From positions 12,707 to 76,706 of the forward strand of contig PKDX01000002.1 in NCBI GenBank assembly GCA_002862745.1: DNA of 64,000 nucleotides, given 5' to 3'. This document shows positions 47,242-56,429 of the stretch, in pieces. The notes below the pieces were generated by a model. It searched no databases. It was not told the origin of the DNA and worked only from the letters and a program-made list of their open reading frames with translations. Source of the DNA: Bacteroidota bacterium (GTDB lineage: Bacteria; Bacteroidota; Bacteroidia; Chitinophagales; UBA8649). Position 1 is the first letter of the stretch. Each line of letters starts with the position of its first letter. The position numbers and the translations under genes were made by a program.

Positions 47242-48981
47242 ATGGCCCCATTAAGCGAACAGGAAATTCAACGAAGACAAAACCTTGAATCACTCATTAC
47301 CTATGGTATAAACCCCTACCCTGCTGAAAAGTATGAGGTCTCAGCAAGTGCTCAACATATTCTTGATCACTTTCCAACCATTGAAGGAGATGATACCCCA
47401 TGGAACCTCTGCATTGCAGGAAGGCTAATGATCAAACGAATCAGTGGGAAAGCAGCCTTTGCCGAGTTGCAAGATCATTCAGGGAGAATCCAGCTTTACT
47501 TTAATCGCGATGAGATATGCCCCGGAGAGGATAAATCGAAGTACAATGATGTCTTTAAAAAGTGGCTTGACTTAGGCGATTTTATTGGCATAGAAGGCTA
47601 TGTTTTTCGGACGCAGCTCGGAGAAATCACCGTTCACGTTAAGGACTTTACCTTATTATCTAAATCTATCAAGCCCCTGCCGGTCGTAAAAAAAGATAGC
47701 GAAGGAAATGTGTATGATGCGTTAACCGATCCTGAACTACGCTACCGTCAACGCTACGTTGATCTTGTGGTCAACCATGGTGTAAAATCTATATTCAAAC
47801 AACGCAGTGATATCATTCGATCCATGCGTAATTTCTTTGAAAAGGATGGATATGTTGAGGTAGATACCCCTGTATTGCAAGCCATACCCGGTGGTGCCAA
47901 TGCAAGACCATTTATTACACACCACAATACCCTGGACATCCCAATGTACCTACGTATTGCTAATGAGTTGTATTTAAAACGACTTATCGTTGGAGGTTTT
48001 GATGGGGTTTTTGAGTTTAGTAGGAACTTCCGCAACGAGGGCATGGATCGCACACACAATCCAGAGTTTACCGTACTTGAGATCTACGTCGCCTACAAGG
48101 ACTATAACTGGATGATGGATTATACCGAGGCCCTTGTCAAGCACTGCGTACAACAAACTTCGTCGTCTATGCAATTAGAGGTTTGGGGAAATACCATAGA
48201 TTTTGGAAAACCCTTCCAGCGCATAAGCATACTTGATGCCATCGAACAACATACCGGCTACAATCTCGATGGCAAAAGCGAGGAGGAGATTCGAAGCATC
48301 GCAAATGAACTCGGCATAGAAACCGACAAGTCAATGGGTAAGGCCAAACTCATCGATGAGATTTTTGGTGAAAAAGCGGAAGGCCAGTTTATTCAACCCA
48401 CCTTTATCACTGATTATCCCGTTGAAATGTCACCGCTTTGCAAAAGGCATCGCGACAACCCGAACCTAACCGAACGCTTTGAACTCTTTATCTGTGGGAA
48501 GGAAGTAGCCAATGCCTACAGCGAGCTCAACGACCCTAATGACCAACTGAAGCGCTTTGAAGAACAAGTTGCGTTGCAAGCAAGAGGTGATGATGAGGCG
48601 ATGTTTATCGACCATGATTATGTCCGTGCCCTTGAATATGGTATGCCGCCAACGGCAGGTATGGGTATTGGGGTAGATCGATTGGTTATGATGCTGACCA
48701 ACCAAACTTCGATTCAAGAAGTTCTGCTGTTTCCCCAAATGAGACCTGAAAAAACTTCAGAGGCTGCACCTGCGCAAGAAGCAGTTACTCAAGACTTGAA
48801 TGATAACGAAAAGCTTCTAATCAGCGCCCTAGAAAAAGAAAGCCCACGGGATTTAGCTTCCCTCAAAGAAGCGTTGGGCTTATCCAATAAGCAATGGGAC
48901 AAAACCACAAAAAGTCTTGCGAAGAAAGGACTTACTAAAGTGGTCAAAACCAATTCTTCGCTAACTATTGAGTTGGTGTAA
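47242..48981 (+). CDS. lysS: Lysine-tRNA ligase (class II) with a C-terminal ~70-aa extension
   Basis: LSEQEIQRR, LRYRQRYVDL, IANELYLKRL, FRNEGMDRTHNPEFT, YGMPPTAGMGIGVDRL. Confidence 0.96.
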   Translation: MAPLSEQEIQRRQNLESLITYGINPYPAEKYEVSASAQHILDHFPTIEGDDTPWNLCIAGRLMIKRISGKAAFAELQDHSGRIQLYFNRDEICPGEDKSKYNDVFKKWLDLGDFIGIEGYVFRTQLGEITVHVKDFTLLSKSIKPLPVVKKDSEGNVYDALTDPELRYRQRYVDLVVNHGVKSIFKQRSDIIRSMRNFFEKDGYVEVDTPVLQAIPGGANARPFITHHNTLDIPMYLRIANELYLKRLIVGGFDGVFEFSRNFRNEGMDRTHNPEFTVLEIYVAYKDYNWMMDYTEALVKHCVQQTSSSMQLEVWGNTIDFGKPFQRISILDAIEQHTGYNLDGKSEEEIRSIANELGIETDKSMGKAKLIDEIFGEKAEGQFIQPTFITDYPVEMSPLCKRHRDNPNLTERFELFICGKEVANAYSELNDPNDQLKRFEEQVALQARGDDEAMFIDHDYVRALEYGMPPTAGMGIGVDRLVMMLTNQTSIQEVLLFPQMRPEKTSEAAPAQEAVTQDLNDNEKLLISALEKESPRDLASLKEALGLSNKQWDKTTKSLAKKGLTKVVKTNSSLTIELV

Positions 48982-49075
48982 AGAAACTACTCTACCGATA
49001 TCATCGTTCGACAATCATTCACTGCCTTACCTTATTCAAAAACTTATCATTTTAAATACTTCAAAATCTACACTA

Positions 49076-49861
49076 ATGCGTATTATCTCATGGAATGTAA
49101 ACGGAATTCGTGCCTCGGTCAAAAAAGGCCTTGTTGATCAAATCAATAGTCATCAAGCAGATATCTGGTGTTTCCAAGAAACCAAAGCTCAGGATGACCA
49201 AGTTATGGAAGCCCTTAAGGAGTTATCCACCGAATACCATATTCAAAGTACATCTGCTGTCAAAAAGGGCTATTCAGGAGTCGCCATACTTGCCAAAAAA
49301 TCAACCTTTGGTAAGACGGCACCCTCTTGGTCAAGCGGTCTTTCCATCGATGAACACGATCAAGAAGGGCGCGTTCTGCGTGTTGATGCGGGCAACTTTC
49401 ACTTGGTGAATGTTTATGTTCCCAATAGCAGCAGTGGGATGAAGCGTCTCCCCTATCGGAAAACATGGGACATCGCTTTTGCCAACTACTTAAAAACGCT
49501 CAGAGAAGAAAAGCCTGTGATTGTCACAGGAGATTTTAATGTTGCCCACCAACCCATTGACTTGGCACGCCCCAAAGAGAATTACAATAAAACATCTGGA
49601 TACACGCAAGATGAGATTGATGGCATGGATCTTCTTCTTGATCAAGGGTTTTTTGATGCATTCCGGACGATGCACCCAGAGAAGGCACAGTATACATTTT
49701 GGAATATGCGTTTTAAAGCAAGAGAGCGCAATGTGGGGTGGCGGTTGGACTACTTTCTTGTCGACAAAGCCTTACAAGAATCCACCACTTCGAGTGCTGT
49801 TTTGGACGACATTTATGGTTCGGATCACTGCCCTATCGATCTCCAACTCAATTTGGGCTAA
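49076..49861 (+). CDS. xth: Exodeoxyribonuclease III / AP endonuclease
   Basis: SWNVNGIRA, FQETK, YVPNS, GDFNVAH, GWRLDYF, GSDHCP. Confidence 0.93.
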   Translation: MRIISWNVNGIRASVKKGLVDQINSHQADIWCFQETKAQDDQVMEALKELSTEYHIQSTSAVKKGYSGVAILAKKSTFGKTAPSWSSGLSIDEHDQEGRVLRVDAGNFHLVNVYVPNSSSGMKRLPYRKTWDIAFANYLKTLREEKPVIVTGDFNVAHQPIDLARPKENYNKTSGYTQDEIDGMDLLLDQGFFDAFRTMHPEKAQYTFWNMRFKARERNVGWRLDYFLVDKALQESTTSSAVLDDIYGSDHCPIDLQLNLG

Positions 49862-49902
49862 TTTTTTATCGGTAAAACCAAGAAGAATCATACCTTTCGT
49901 TC

Positions 49903-50907
49903 ATGAATGCAGTGTTTCAACAAGCAGAAGCTCTTCATGAGAAGATAAAAACTGAAGTCATCCAAGATGCTGAGGCTTTTCGAATCCAATACTTAGGAAG
50001 TAAAGGGGAAATTAAAGCCATGTTTTCAGCTATGAAAGACATAGATCCTCAAGGGCGAAAAGCGTTTGGTCAGCTTATGAATGCGCTGAAAGTTACTGCA
50101 GAAGCTCGGCTAAAAGAGGCACAAGGTGAGCAACAATCCAGCGGGAATGGAGTTCAAAAAAGAGATTATACCACGCCAGGAATTACCCATAAATTTGGCA
50201 CACGCCACCCTATCGAACAAACCAAAGATCGAATGATCGAAATCTTTGCGAAGCTTGGTTTTTCAATTGCTGAAGGACCAGAAATCGAAGATGACTGGCA
50301 CAACTTCACGGCGTTAAACCTACCGCAAGATCATCCGGCAAGAGATATGCAGGATACCTTCTATGTTGATAGTAAAGCAAACATCTTACTGCGCACGCAT
50401 ACATCGGCTGCACAAATCCGTGTCATGGAGAATGAAAAACCTCCTATTCGTGTGATCACTCCTGGACGTGTATTCAGAAATGAGACCATATCCGCACGAG
50501 CTCATTGTGCTTTTCACCAAGTAGAAGGCCTATATATTGCTGAGAACGTGTCTTTTGCTGACCTCAAGCAAACCCTCTACTATTTTGCTAAAGAGATGTT
50601 TGGAAGTGACAATATCCGCCTGCGGCCTTCCTACTTCCCTTTCACAGAGCCTTCTGCTGAGTTAGATGTCTCCTGCTTCATTTGTGATGCAGAAGGTTGT
50701 CCAGTCTGCAAAGGCAGTGGATGGGTAGAAATTGGAGGGTGCGGCATGGTCGACCCCGCCGTGCTAAAATCTGTAAATATTGAACATCCCAAGTATACTG
50801 GATTCGCCTTTGGTATGGGCATCGAGCGAATTGCTATGTTAGTCCATGGAATCGATGATCTTCGACTGTTTTTTGAGAACGACCAGCGCTTTTTACAACA
50901 GTTTTAA
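49903..50907 (+). CDS. pheS: Phenylalanine-tRNA ligase alpha subunit
   Basis: HPARDMQDTF, LLRTHTS, FHQVEGL, RPSYFPFTEPS, FAFGMGIER. Confidence 0.97.
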   Translation: MNAVFQQAEALHEKIKTEVIQDAEAFRIQYLGSKGEIKAMFSAMKDIDPQGRKAFGQLMNALKVTAEARLKEAQGEQQSSGNGVQKRDYTTPGITHKFGTRHPIEQTKDRMIEIFAKLGFSIAEGPEIEDDWHNFTALNLPQDHPARDMQDTFYVDSKANILLRTHTSAAQIRVMENEKPPIRVITPGRVFRNETISARAHCAFHQVEGLYIAENVSFADLKQTLYYFAKEMFGSDNIRLRPSYFPFTEPSAELDVSCFICDAEGCPVCKGSGWVEIGGCGMVDPAVLKSVNIEHPKYTGFAFGMGIERIAMLVHGIDDLRLFFENDQRFLQQF

Positions 50908-50962
50908 CGTTCTCTAACGCATTCAACGCATTTTCGTTAAGGATTGTGCGTTATAAAAACAT

Positions 50963-50970
50963 TATCTTTG
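50963..50970 (+). promoter_or_regulatory. -7 promoter element TATCTTTG for the OmpA/MotB gene
   Basis: Exact TAnnTTTG 21 nt before ATG 50992. Confidence 0.7.
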
Positions 50971-50991
50971 TTGCTATTAAAAAAATTTATA

Positions 50992-51861
50992 ATGCAATAC
51001 GCTAAAAATATACTCATACTGATTGGGATTGCAACCCTCGCAACATCATGTGTTTCTAAGAAAAAATATGATATGGCTATAGAAGAGCTCGATGGTCTTC
51101 GTATCGAACGCGCTCGATTGGTAACTGACCTATCTAATTGTGAAACATCACTCGATTCTTCAAAAGCATCGATCAGCGTTCTTACAGAAGAAAATGTAAC
51201 GCTCACTGAAGACTTAAATTATTGCGAGTCAAGTAATGAGATTTTAATCGACCGAATGGCTGATTTATCTGTCATCACTTCTGAAGGCTCACAGCGAATC
51301 AGCGAAGCGATAGAAAAACTCTACATAATGAATGATAGCATCGGAGAACTCGTAGAAAATATTAATATGAAGGATAGCATGATTGCTAATCTTGAAGGAA
51401 ACATCCGCAGATCACTTGATGATTTGAGTGATGAGGATATTAATATCGAAGTACGAGGAGGAGCAGTATTTATCTCTATTTCGGATAAGCTTCTATACAC
51501 TTCAGGTAGTGCTAACCTCTTACCACAGGGTGAGAAAGTAATGGAAAAAATTGCATTAATCATCAACGATCATAAAGATTTTGAGGTGATGATTGAAGGC
51601 CATACCGATAACCGACCTATCGCAGGATATTGTATGAAAGACAATTGGGACTTAAGCGCACAGCGTGCAATTGCAGTTGTTCGAACATTACAAGAAAACT
51701 ATCAAGTAGATCCTGCAAGAATGATTGCTGGTGCACGAGCAGAATATCAACCTAAGGGTGATAACGAAACAGCGGAGGGAAGAAGTGCTAACCGACGCAC
51801 TGAAGTGGTAATTCTTCCAAAGTTGGATCAGTTTTATGATTTAATGATTCCTAACGAATAA
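50992..51861 (+). CDS. OmpA/MotB-family lipoprotein with N-terminal coiled coil
   Basis: Lipobox ATSC-VSKKKY; heptad region; ISISDKLLYTSGS, IEGHTDN, NWDLSAQRA, NRRTEVVI. Confidence 0.88.
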   Translation: MQYAKNILILIGIATLATSCVSKKKYDMAIEELDGLRIERARLVTDLSNCETSLDSSKASISVLTEENVTLTEDLNYCESSNEILIDRMADLSVITSEGSQRISEAIEKLYIMNDSIGELVENINMKDSMIANLEGNIRRSLDDLSDEDINIEVRGGAVFISISDKLLYTSGSANLLPQGEKVMEKIALIINDHKDFEVMIEGHTDNRPIAGYCMKDNWDLSAQRAIAVVRTLQENYQVDPARMIAGARAEYQPKGDNETAEGRSANRRTEVVILPKLDQFYDLMIPNE

Positions 51862-51888
51862 GCGGAAAACTGCTTAAGAATTTTTTGT

Positions 51889-51913
51889 TATGGCGCTGTT
51901 TATCAGCGCCATA
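51889..51913. terminator. Hairpin between convergent motB-like and radical SAM genes
   Basis: TATGGCGCTG-TTTAT-CAGCGCCATA with T-runs nearby; overlaps the radical SAM stop codon. Confidence 0.55.
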
Positions 51914-52919
51914 TTTTTACCCCCTCGGAGCAATTGTTACACATCGGTATACTTTGTCGAGACCGCTGTACTTGTTCCATAAATGAAGAAGAAAGATCAT
52001 TGGTCCAAATCGACTGAACCGATTCTTTAGGATAATCGCCTAAGGCAAATTCAGCGTCCTTATCAAAACAGCAAGGGACAACCTTTCCATCCCACGTCAT
52101 GACGGCACTATGCCATGCTTTCCAGCAGTGACGATCGCCTCGCTGTTTGAGCTCATACTTTCCCTCCTTATTTTTCTGGTACCTGGAATAGGTCGGTGAA
52201 GACGGCATAAGATCATGTCCATTTTCAAAATCATAAAGCTGAGCCGTTTTTAAAGAGAAGGCATCGACACCGTATGATTTCGCCATGGATCGAAGCGTAT
52301 CAATTTCATCTTCGTTGGACGAAAAAACAACTGTCTGCCAGATTACATGCGGATTCTTATATCCTCCTTTTTCTCGTGCGTTAAGTAAGGTTTCTATACC
52401 GCGCAATACTTTGTCTAATTCCCCACCCTTACGATAACGACCATAACTCATTTGGGTACCTCCATCGATCGAAATGATCAATCGATCAAGACCACTGTCT
52501 AATGTTTCCTGCGCTCTACGGGCTGTCAGGAAGTGCCCGTTGGATGAGGTAACGGTATATAATCCTGCCTGAGCAGCAAGGCCTACCATTTCAGTAAACT
52601 GAGGGTGTGCATAGGGCTCGCCTTGAAAATAGAAGTAGAGATAGACCAAGTGATCTTTGACCTCATCAACTAGTCGTTTAACATGGTCTACATCGATTGT
52701 ACCCGTTGGCCTCGAAAAGGATTGCAAACCACTTGGGCATTCAGGACAACCTAGATTACAGGATGTTGTTGGCTCAACGGACAGCGTCATCGGCAAGCCC
52801 CACCTCGAACCATGACCTTGCCAGGTTGCTAGCTTATATGATAGAAGTAGCTTGGACATGTTTGCGAGCTTTTTATAACTCAACTTACCTAGAAACCGAT
52901 GTGTATCCTGCCAAGACAT
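51903..52919 (-). CDS. Radical SAM protein with SPASM/Twitch domain
   Basis: SVEPTTSCNLGCPECPSG, FQGEPY, C-terminal CWKAW...GKVVPCCFD...CNNC. Confidence 0.88.
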   Translation of the reverse strand: MSWQDTHRFLGKLSYKKLANMSKLLLSYKLATWQGHGSRWGLPMTLSVEPTTSCNLGCPECPSGLQSFSRPTGTIDVDHVKRLVDEVKDHLVYLYFYFQGEPYAHPQFTEMVGLAAQAGLYTVTSSNGHFLTARRAQETLDSGLDRLIISIDGGTQMSYGRYRKGGELDKVLRGIETLLNAREKGGYKNPHVIWQTVVFSSNEDEIDTLRSMAKSYGVDAFSLKTAQLYDFENGHDLMPSSPTYSRYQKNKEGKYELKQRGDRHCWKAWHSAVMTWDGKVVPCCFDKDAEFALGDYPKESVQSIWTNDLSSSFMEQVQRSRQSIPMCNNCSEGVKIWR

Positions 52920-52986
52920 ATCGTCAAATTAAAGGATTCCTGCAAGGAAATCCCAATTTAGAGTCTATGGATTGTACATTTATTCT

Positions 52987-53829
52987 ATGAATGTATCATG
53001 GAATTCAATCGAAGGGTATAGCGATATAACCTATGCCAAAAAAGATGGCGTCGCGCGCATCGCATTTAATCGTCCAGAAGTGCGGAATGCATTCCGCCCA
53101 AAAACTGTAGCCGAACTACTAAGAGCATTTTATGATGCCCAAGAGGATAATAGCATCGGGGTAGTTTTACTATCTGGGGAAGGACCTTCTTCAAAAGATG
53201 GTGTGTATTCTTTTTGTAGTGGAGGGGATCAGAGAGCTCGAGGAAAACAAGGGTACGTTGATGGTTCGGGTACGCCTAGACTTAATATTTTGGAGGTACA
53301 GCGATTGATTCGCTTCATGCCTAAGGTTGTCATTGCCGTAGTGCCGGGTTGGGCAGTTGGTGGTGGGCATAGCCTTCATGTAGTGTGCGATATGACTCTA
53401 GCTAGTCAAGAGCACGCCATTTTCAAACAAACCGATGCAGACGTATCAAGTTTTGATGGGGGATATGGGTCGGCCTATCTCGCCAAAATGGTGGGGCAGA
53501 AAAAGGCACGAGAAATCTTTTTCTTAGGAAAAGATTACACAGCACAGGAGGCCCTTGACATGGGCATGGTAAATGCCATCTATCCTCACGAAGAATTAGA
53601 AGACAGAGCGTTTGAATGGGCCCAAACGATTCTTCAAAAGTCACCTACGGCAATAAAAATGCTGAAGTTTGCCATGAACCTAACCGACGATGGAATGGTA
53701 GGCCAACAAGTTTTCGCTGGAGAGGCTACTCGCTTGGCTTATATGACCGACGAGGCGCAAGAAGGGCGAGATGCCTTTTTAGAAAAAAGAAAGCCCAATT
53801 TTAAGGATGTGAAGCGCTTATCACTTTAG
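52987..53829 (+). CDS. menB: 1,4-dihydroxy-2-naphthoyl-CoA synthase
   Basis: FNRPEVRNAFRP, FCSGGDQ, GWAVGGGHSL, SFDGGYGS, KKAREIFF. Confidence 0.95.
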   Translation: MNVSWNSIEGYSDITYAKKDGVARIAFNRPEVRNAFRPKTVAELLRAFYDAQEDNSIGVVLLSGEGPSSKDGVYSFCSGGDQRARGKQGYVDGSGTPRLNILEVQRLIRFMPKVVIAVVPGWAVGGGHSLHVVCDMTLASQEHAIFKQTDADVSSFDGGYGSAYLAKMVGQKKAREIFFLGKDYTAQEALDMGMVNAIYPHEELEDRAFEWAQTILQKSPTAIKMLKFAMNLTDDGMVGQQVFAGEATRLAYMTDEAQEGRDAFLEKRKPNFKDVKRLSL

Positions 53830-53844
53830 TCCGAAAATTCAGTA

Positions 53845-55320
53845 CTAATTCTTTGGGATTTTGAGGTTAATACCCTGTTCAACTAATAGAACATTTGTGA
53901 TGGTATTGTCTCTGAGAATATCCTCGACGCGCACGCCATATTCATAAGCAATATCAAAGATTGATTCACCGAAGCGCACACGATGATACACACAATCGCA
54001 GTTCTCATCATATTCATCCGATTGCACACCAACCTCATCGGGTCGTTCTCCATCTGATACGTAGGGATTTAGTCCTTTGTTATCACCTACAACGAGTCCC
54101 TGGCCCAACTCTAACATCATCGACTCAAGCTCATTCCACTCCATTAATTCCTCTACGCTTACCGAGAAATTCATAGCAATCTTTTCGAGATAATCTCCTT
54201 GTTGAACATAATATATGTTCTTGCGTTCATCATAACCACCATTCACCCGGTCATCTCGTAAAACAAAGAACAGGGTATCACTTGTCAAATAAATATCTTG
54301 TTCCAAAGCATAAAATCTTGCTGACTTATCGGAAGGAACATTCAAAGTGAATCCATTTTGGTAATACGGAATCCAATCTGTTTTTAGCGACGGGTTTAGA
54401 CGAGCCAAGTCAGCAGAATCCATATCCAAAGCAGCAGCGATGTGGCTAATTTTTAGAGGAGAAAAGATTTCTACAGGAATACTAGGAGCAATGCTGTAAC
54501 TCGGATAGATTATCGGAATTTTATAGTAGTCCGCGTAGTGCATCGAATAGACCATCGCTATATACTTTGGAACATACTTTTGAGTCTCACGTGGCAATTG
54601 AGGTTGAATATCCCAATAGGTCCTTCCACTTGCTGTTCTGGATATAGCGCGATTCACCGTTCCGGGACCTGCATTATATGATGCCAGACTCACCAACCAA
54701 TCGTCATATGTCCTGTTTGCGGCTTTCAGGTATGCAAGGGCAGCTTGCGTTGATTTGATCGGATCACACCGTTCGTCTACCCATGAATCAAGGGTTAAGC
54801 CAAGTCCTCGTGCAGTAGCTGGCATAATTTGCCACAATCCACGAGCTCCGGCATAACTTGTTATTTGAGGATCAAGTCCAGATTCTATAAGGGTGAGATA
54901 CTTTAACTCAATAGGCATTTCTTCCTGAGCGAGCATTCCCTCAAAAAACGGAAAATAGTATTCCGCTCTGCCTCGCAGCTTGGCCATGTAGTTCCTAGCT
55001 GAGTATACTATGGTCCGTATTTCAGCGATTACTTGATCATTACATTGAAAATTAACCAAAGCGGGGATAGCTTCAAGCTGCGCTTTGATCTCATCATCAC
55101 TTGGCTGTGGTAATTCACTTTGAGGTAGACGAATCATTGCTTTGATCTCATCATCCGTCAACACAGCGGTATCCTGAATGATGGATGACTGAATGGAAGA
55201 GTCAACATGTGAATAGTCCCAATCTGGAATATGAGAATAAAAGAAGCCTCGTTGAGCCTCTACAGAAGAGTATGTAAGGATTACAAAAAGTCCAAGAAGA
55301 AAAAACCGAAAAAACTTCAC
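53845..55320 (-). CDS. Lytic transglycosylase with two LysM domains (MltD-like)
   Basis: LIESGLDP, GARGLWQIMPATA, ASYNAGPG, ETQKYVPK; LysM YYVQQGDYLEKIA and HRVRFGESIFDIA. Confidence 0.9.
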   Translation of the reverse strand: MKFFRFFLLGLFVILTYSSVEAQRGFFYSHIPDWDYSHVDSSIQSSIIQDTAVLTDDEIKAMIRLPQSELPQPSDDEIKAQLEAIPALVNFQCNDQVIAEIRTIVYSARNYMAKLRGRAEYYFPFFEGMLAQEEMPIELKYLTLIESGLDPQITSYAGARGLWQIMPATARGLGLTLDSWVDERCDPIKSTQAALAYLKAANRTYDDWLVSLASYNAGPGTVNRAISRTASGRTYWDIQPQLPRETQKYVPKYIAMVYSMHYADYYKIPIIYPSYSIAPSIPVEIFSPLKISHIAAALDMDSADLARLNPSLKTDWIPYYQNGFTLNVPSDKSARFYALEQDIYLTSDTLFFVLRDDRVNGGYDERKNIYYVQQGDYLEKIAMNFSVSVEELMEWNELESMMLELGQGLVVGDNKGLNPYVSDGERPDEVGVQSDEYDENCDCVYHRVRFGESIFDIAYEYGVRVEDILRDNTITNVLLVEQGINLKIPKN

Positions 55321-55322
55321 AT

Positions 55323-56369
55323 CTAGAGAATTAACATCGCATCACCATAGCTGTAGAAGCGATACTTTTCTTTAATGGCCTCTTCATAGGCCTTCATGAT
55401 CAAATCATATCCACCAAAGGCACTAACCATGATAATCAAGCTTGATTTAGGCAGATGAAAGTTCGTCAGCATTGAATTAGCAATTGAAAATTCAAAAGGA
55501 GGATATATAAACAGATTCGTCCAACCTTGTCCTTCTTTCAATCGACCATAGGCTGAGACAGAAGACTCAATTGCCCTCATCGATGTCGTACCAATAGAAC
55601 AGATTCGTTTTCCTGCATCAAGCGCAGTATTAATGGTTTGAACCGCTTGGTTATTGACCATATAGAACTCAGCATCCATTTTATGCTTAGATAAATCCTC
55701 TACTTCGATCGAACGAAAAGTACCAAGGCCAGTGTGTAAAGTAACTTCGGCCATATCCACCCCGTTGAGCTCCAAACGTTTCATCACCTCTCGACTAAAA
55801 TGCAGCCCAGCAGTAGGAGCCGCAACAGCACCATCAACCTTTGCATAAATTGTCTGATATCGACTTTCGTCTATCTCCTCAGAATCCCTTTTGATATACT
55901 TTGGAAGAGGCGTAGATCCCAAACTAAATAAGACCCTCCTGAAATCCTCTTGAGAGCCATCAAAAAAGAAACGAACAGTTCGTCCACGAGAGGTGGTATT
56001 ATCTACGACTTCAGCAACGAGTTCATCATCACCAAAATAAAGCTTATTGCCCACGCGAATTTTACGCGCTGGATCGACTAAAACATCCCACAACATTTGC
56101 TCTTTATTGAGCTCACGAAGCAAAAACACTTCTATTTTCGCACCAGTCTTTTCCTTCTGGCCATACAACCTTGCAGGAAAGACCTTCGTATTATTCATAG
56201 CTAGGGTGTCTCCTTCACCGAAATAATCGATAAAGTTTTTGAAGGTTTTGTGTTCGATGGTTTGTTTTGCACGGTCGATGACCATTAATCTGCTCTCATC
56301 GCGCTGCTCGGTAGGAAACTCCGCAATAAGTTCTTTTGGCAATTCATAATTATAGTGAGAAAGCTTCAT
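55323..56369 (-). CDS. queA: S-adenosylmethionine:tRNA ribosyltransferase-isomerase
   Basis: [59 protein letters not shown]. Confidence 0.97.
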   Translation of the reverse strand: MKLSHYNYELPKELIAEFPTEQRDESRLMVIDRAKQTIEHKTFKNFIDYFGEGDTLAMNNTKVFPARLYGQKEKTGAKIEVFLLRELNKEQMLWDVLVDPARKIRVGNKLYFGDDELVAEVVDNTTSRGRTVRFFFDGSQEDFRRVLFSLGSTPLPKYIKRDSEEIDESRYQTIYAKVDGAVAAPTAGLHFSREVMKRLELNGVDMAEVTLHTGLGTFRSIEVEDLSKHKMDAEFYMVNNQAVQTINTALDAGKRICSIGTTSMRAIESSVSAYGRLKEGQGWTNLFIYPPFEFSIANSMLTNFHLPKSSLIIMVSAFGGYDLIMKAYEEAIKEKYRFYSYGDAMLIL

Positions 56370-56382
56370 TCGTTCCATCCTC

Positions 56383-56390
56383 CAAAATTA
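56383..56390 (-). promoter_or_regulatory. -7 promoter element TAATTTTG for queA-mltD
   Basis: Exact TAnnTTTG on the minus strand upstream of the start. Confidence 0.6.
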
Positions 56391-56429
56391 CTACTAACTT
56401 GCATTCTTTAGCGAATCTAAATTCATTCA

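Noticed and set aside
50992-51861. Flagellar stator MotB
   Set aside because: It is a lipoprotein without the TM Asp motif, with no motA or flagellar genes
51903-52919. RiPP biosynthetic cluster around the radical SAM/SPASM gene
   Set aside because: There is no precursor ORF, PqqD/RRE, peptidase or exporter, and the neighbours are menB and a MotB-like lipoprotein
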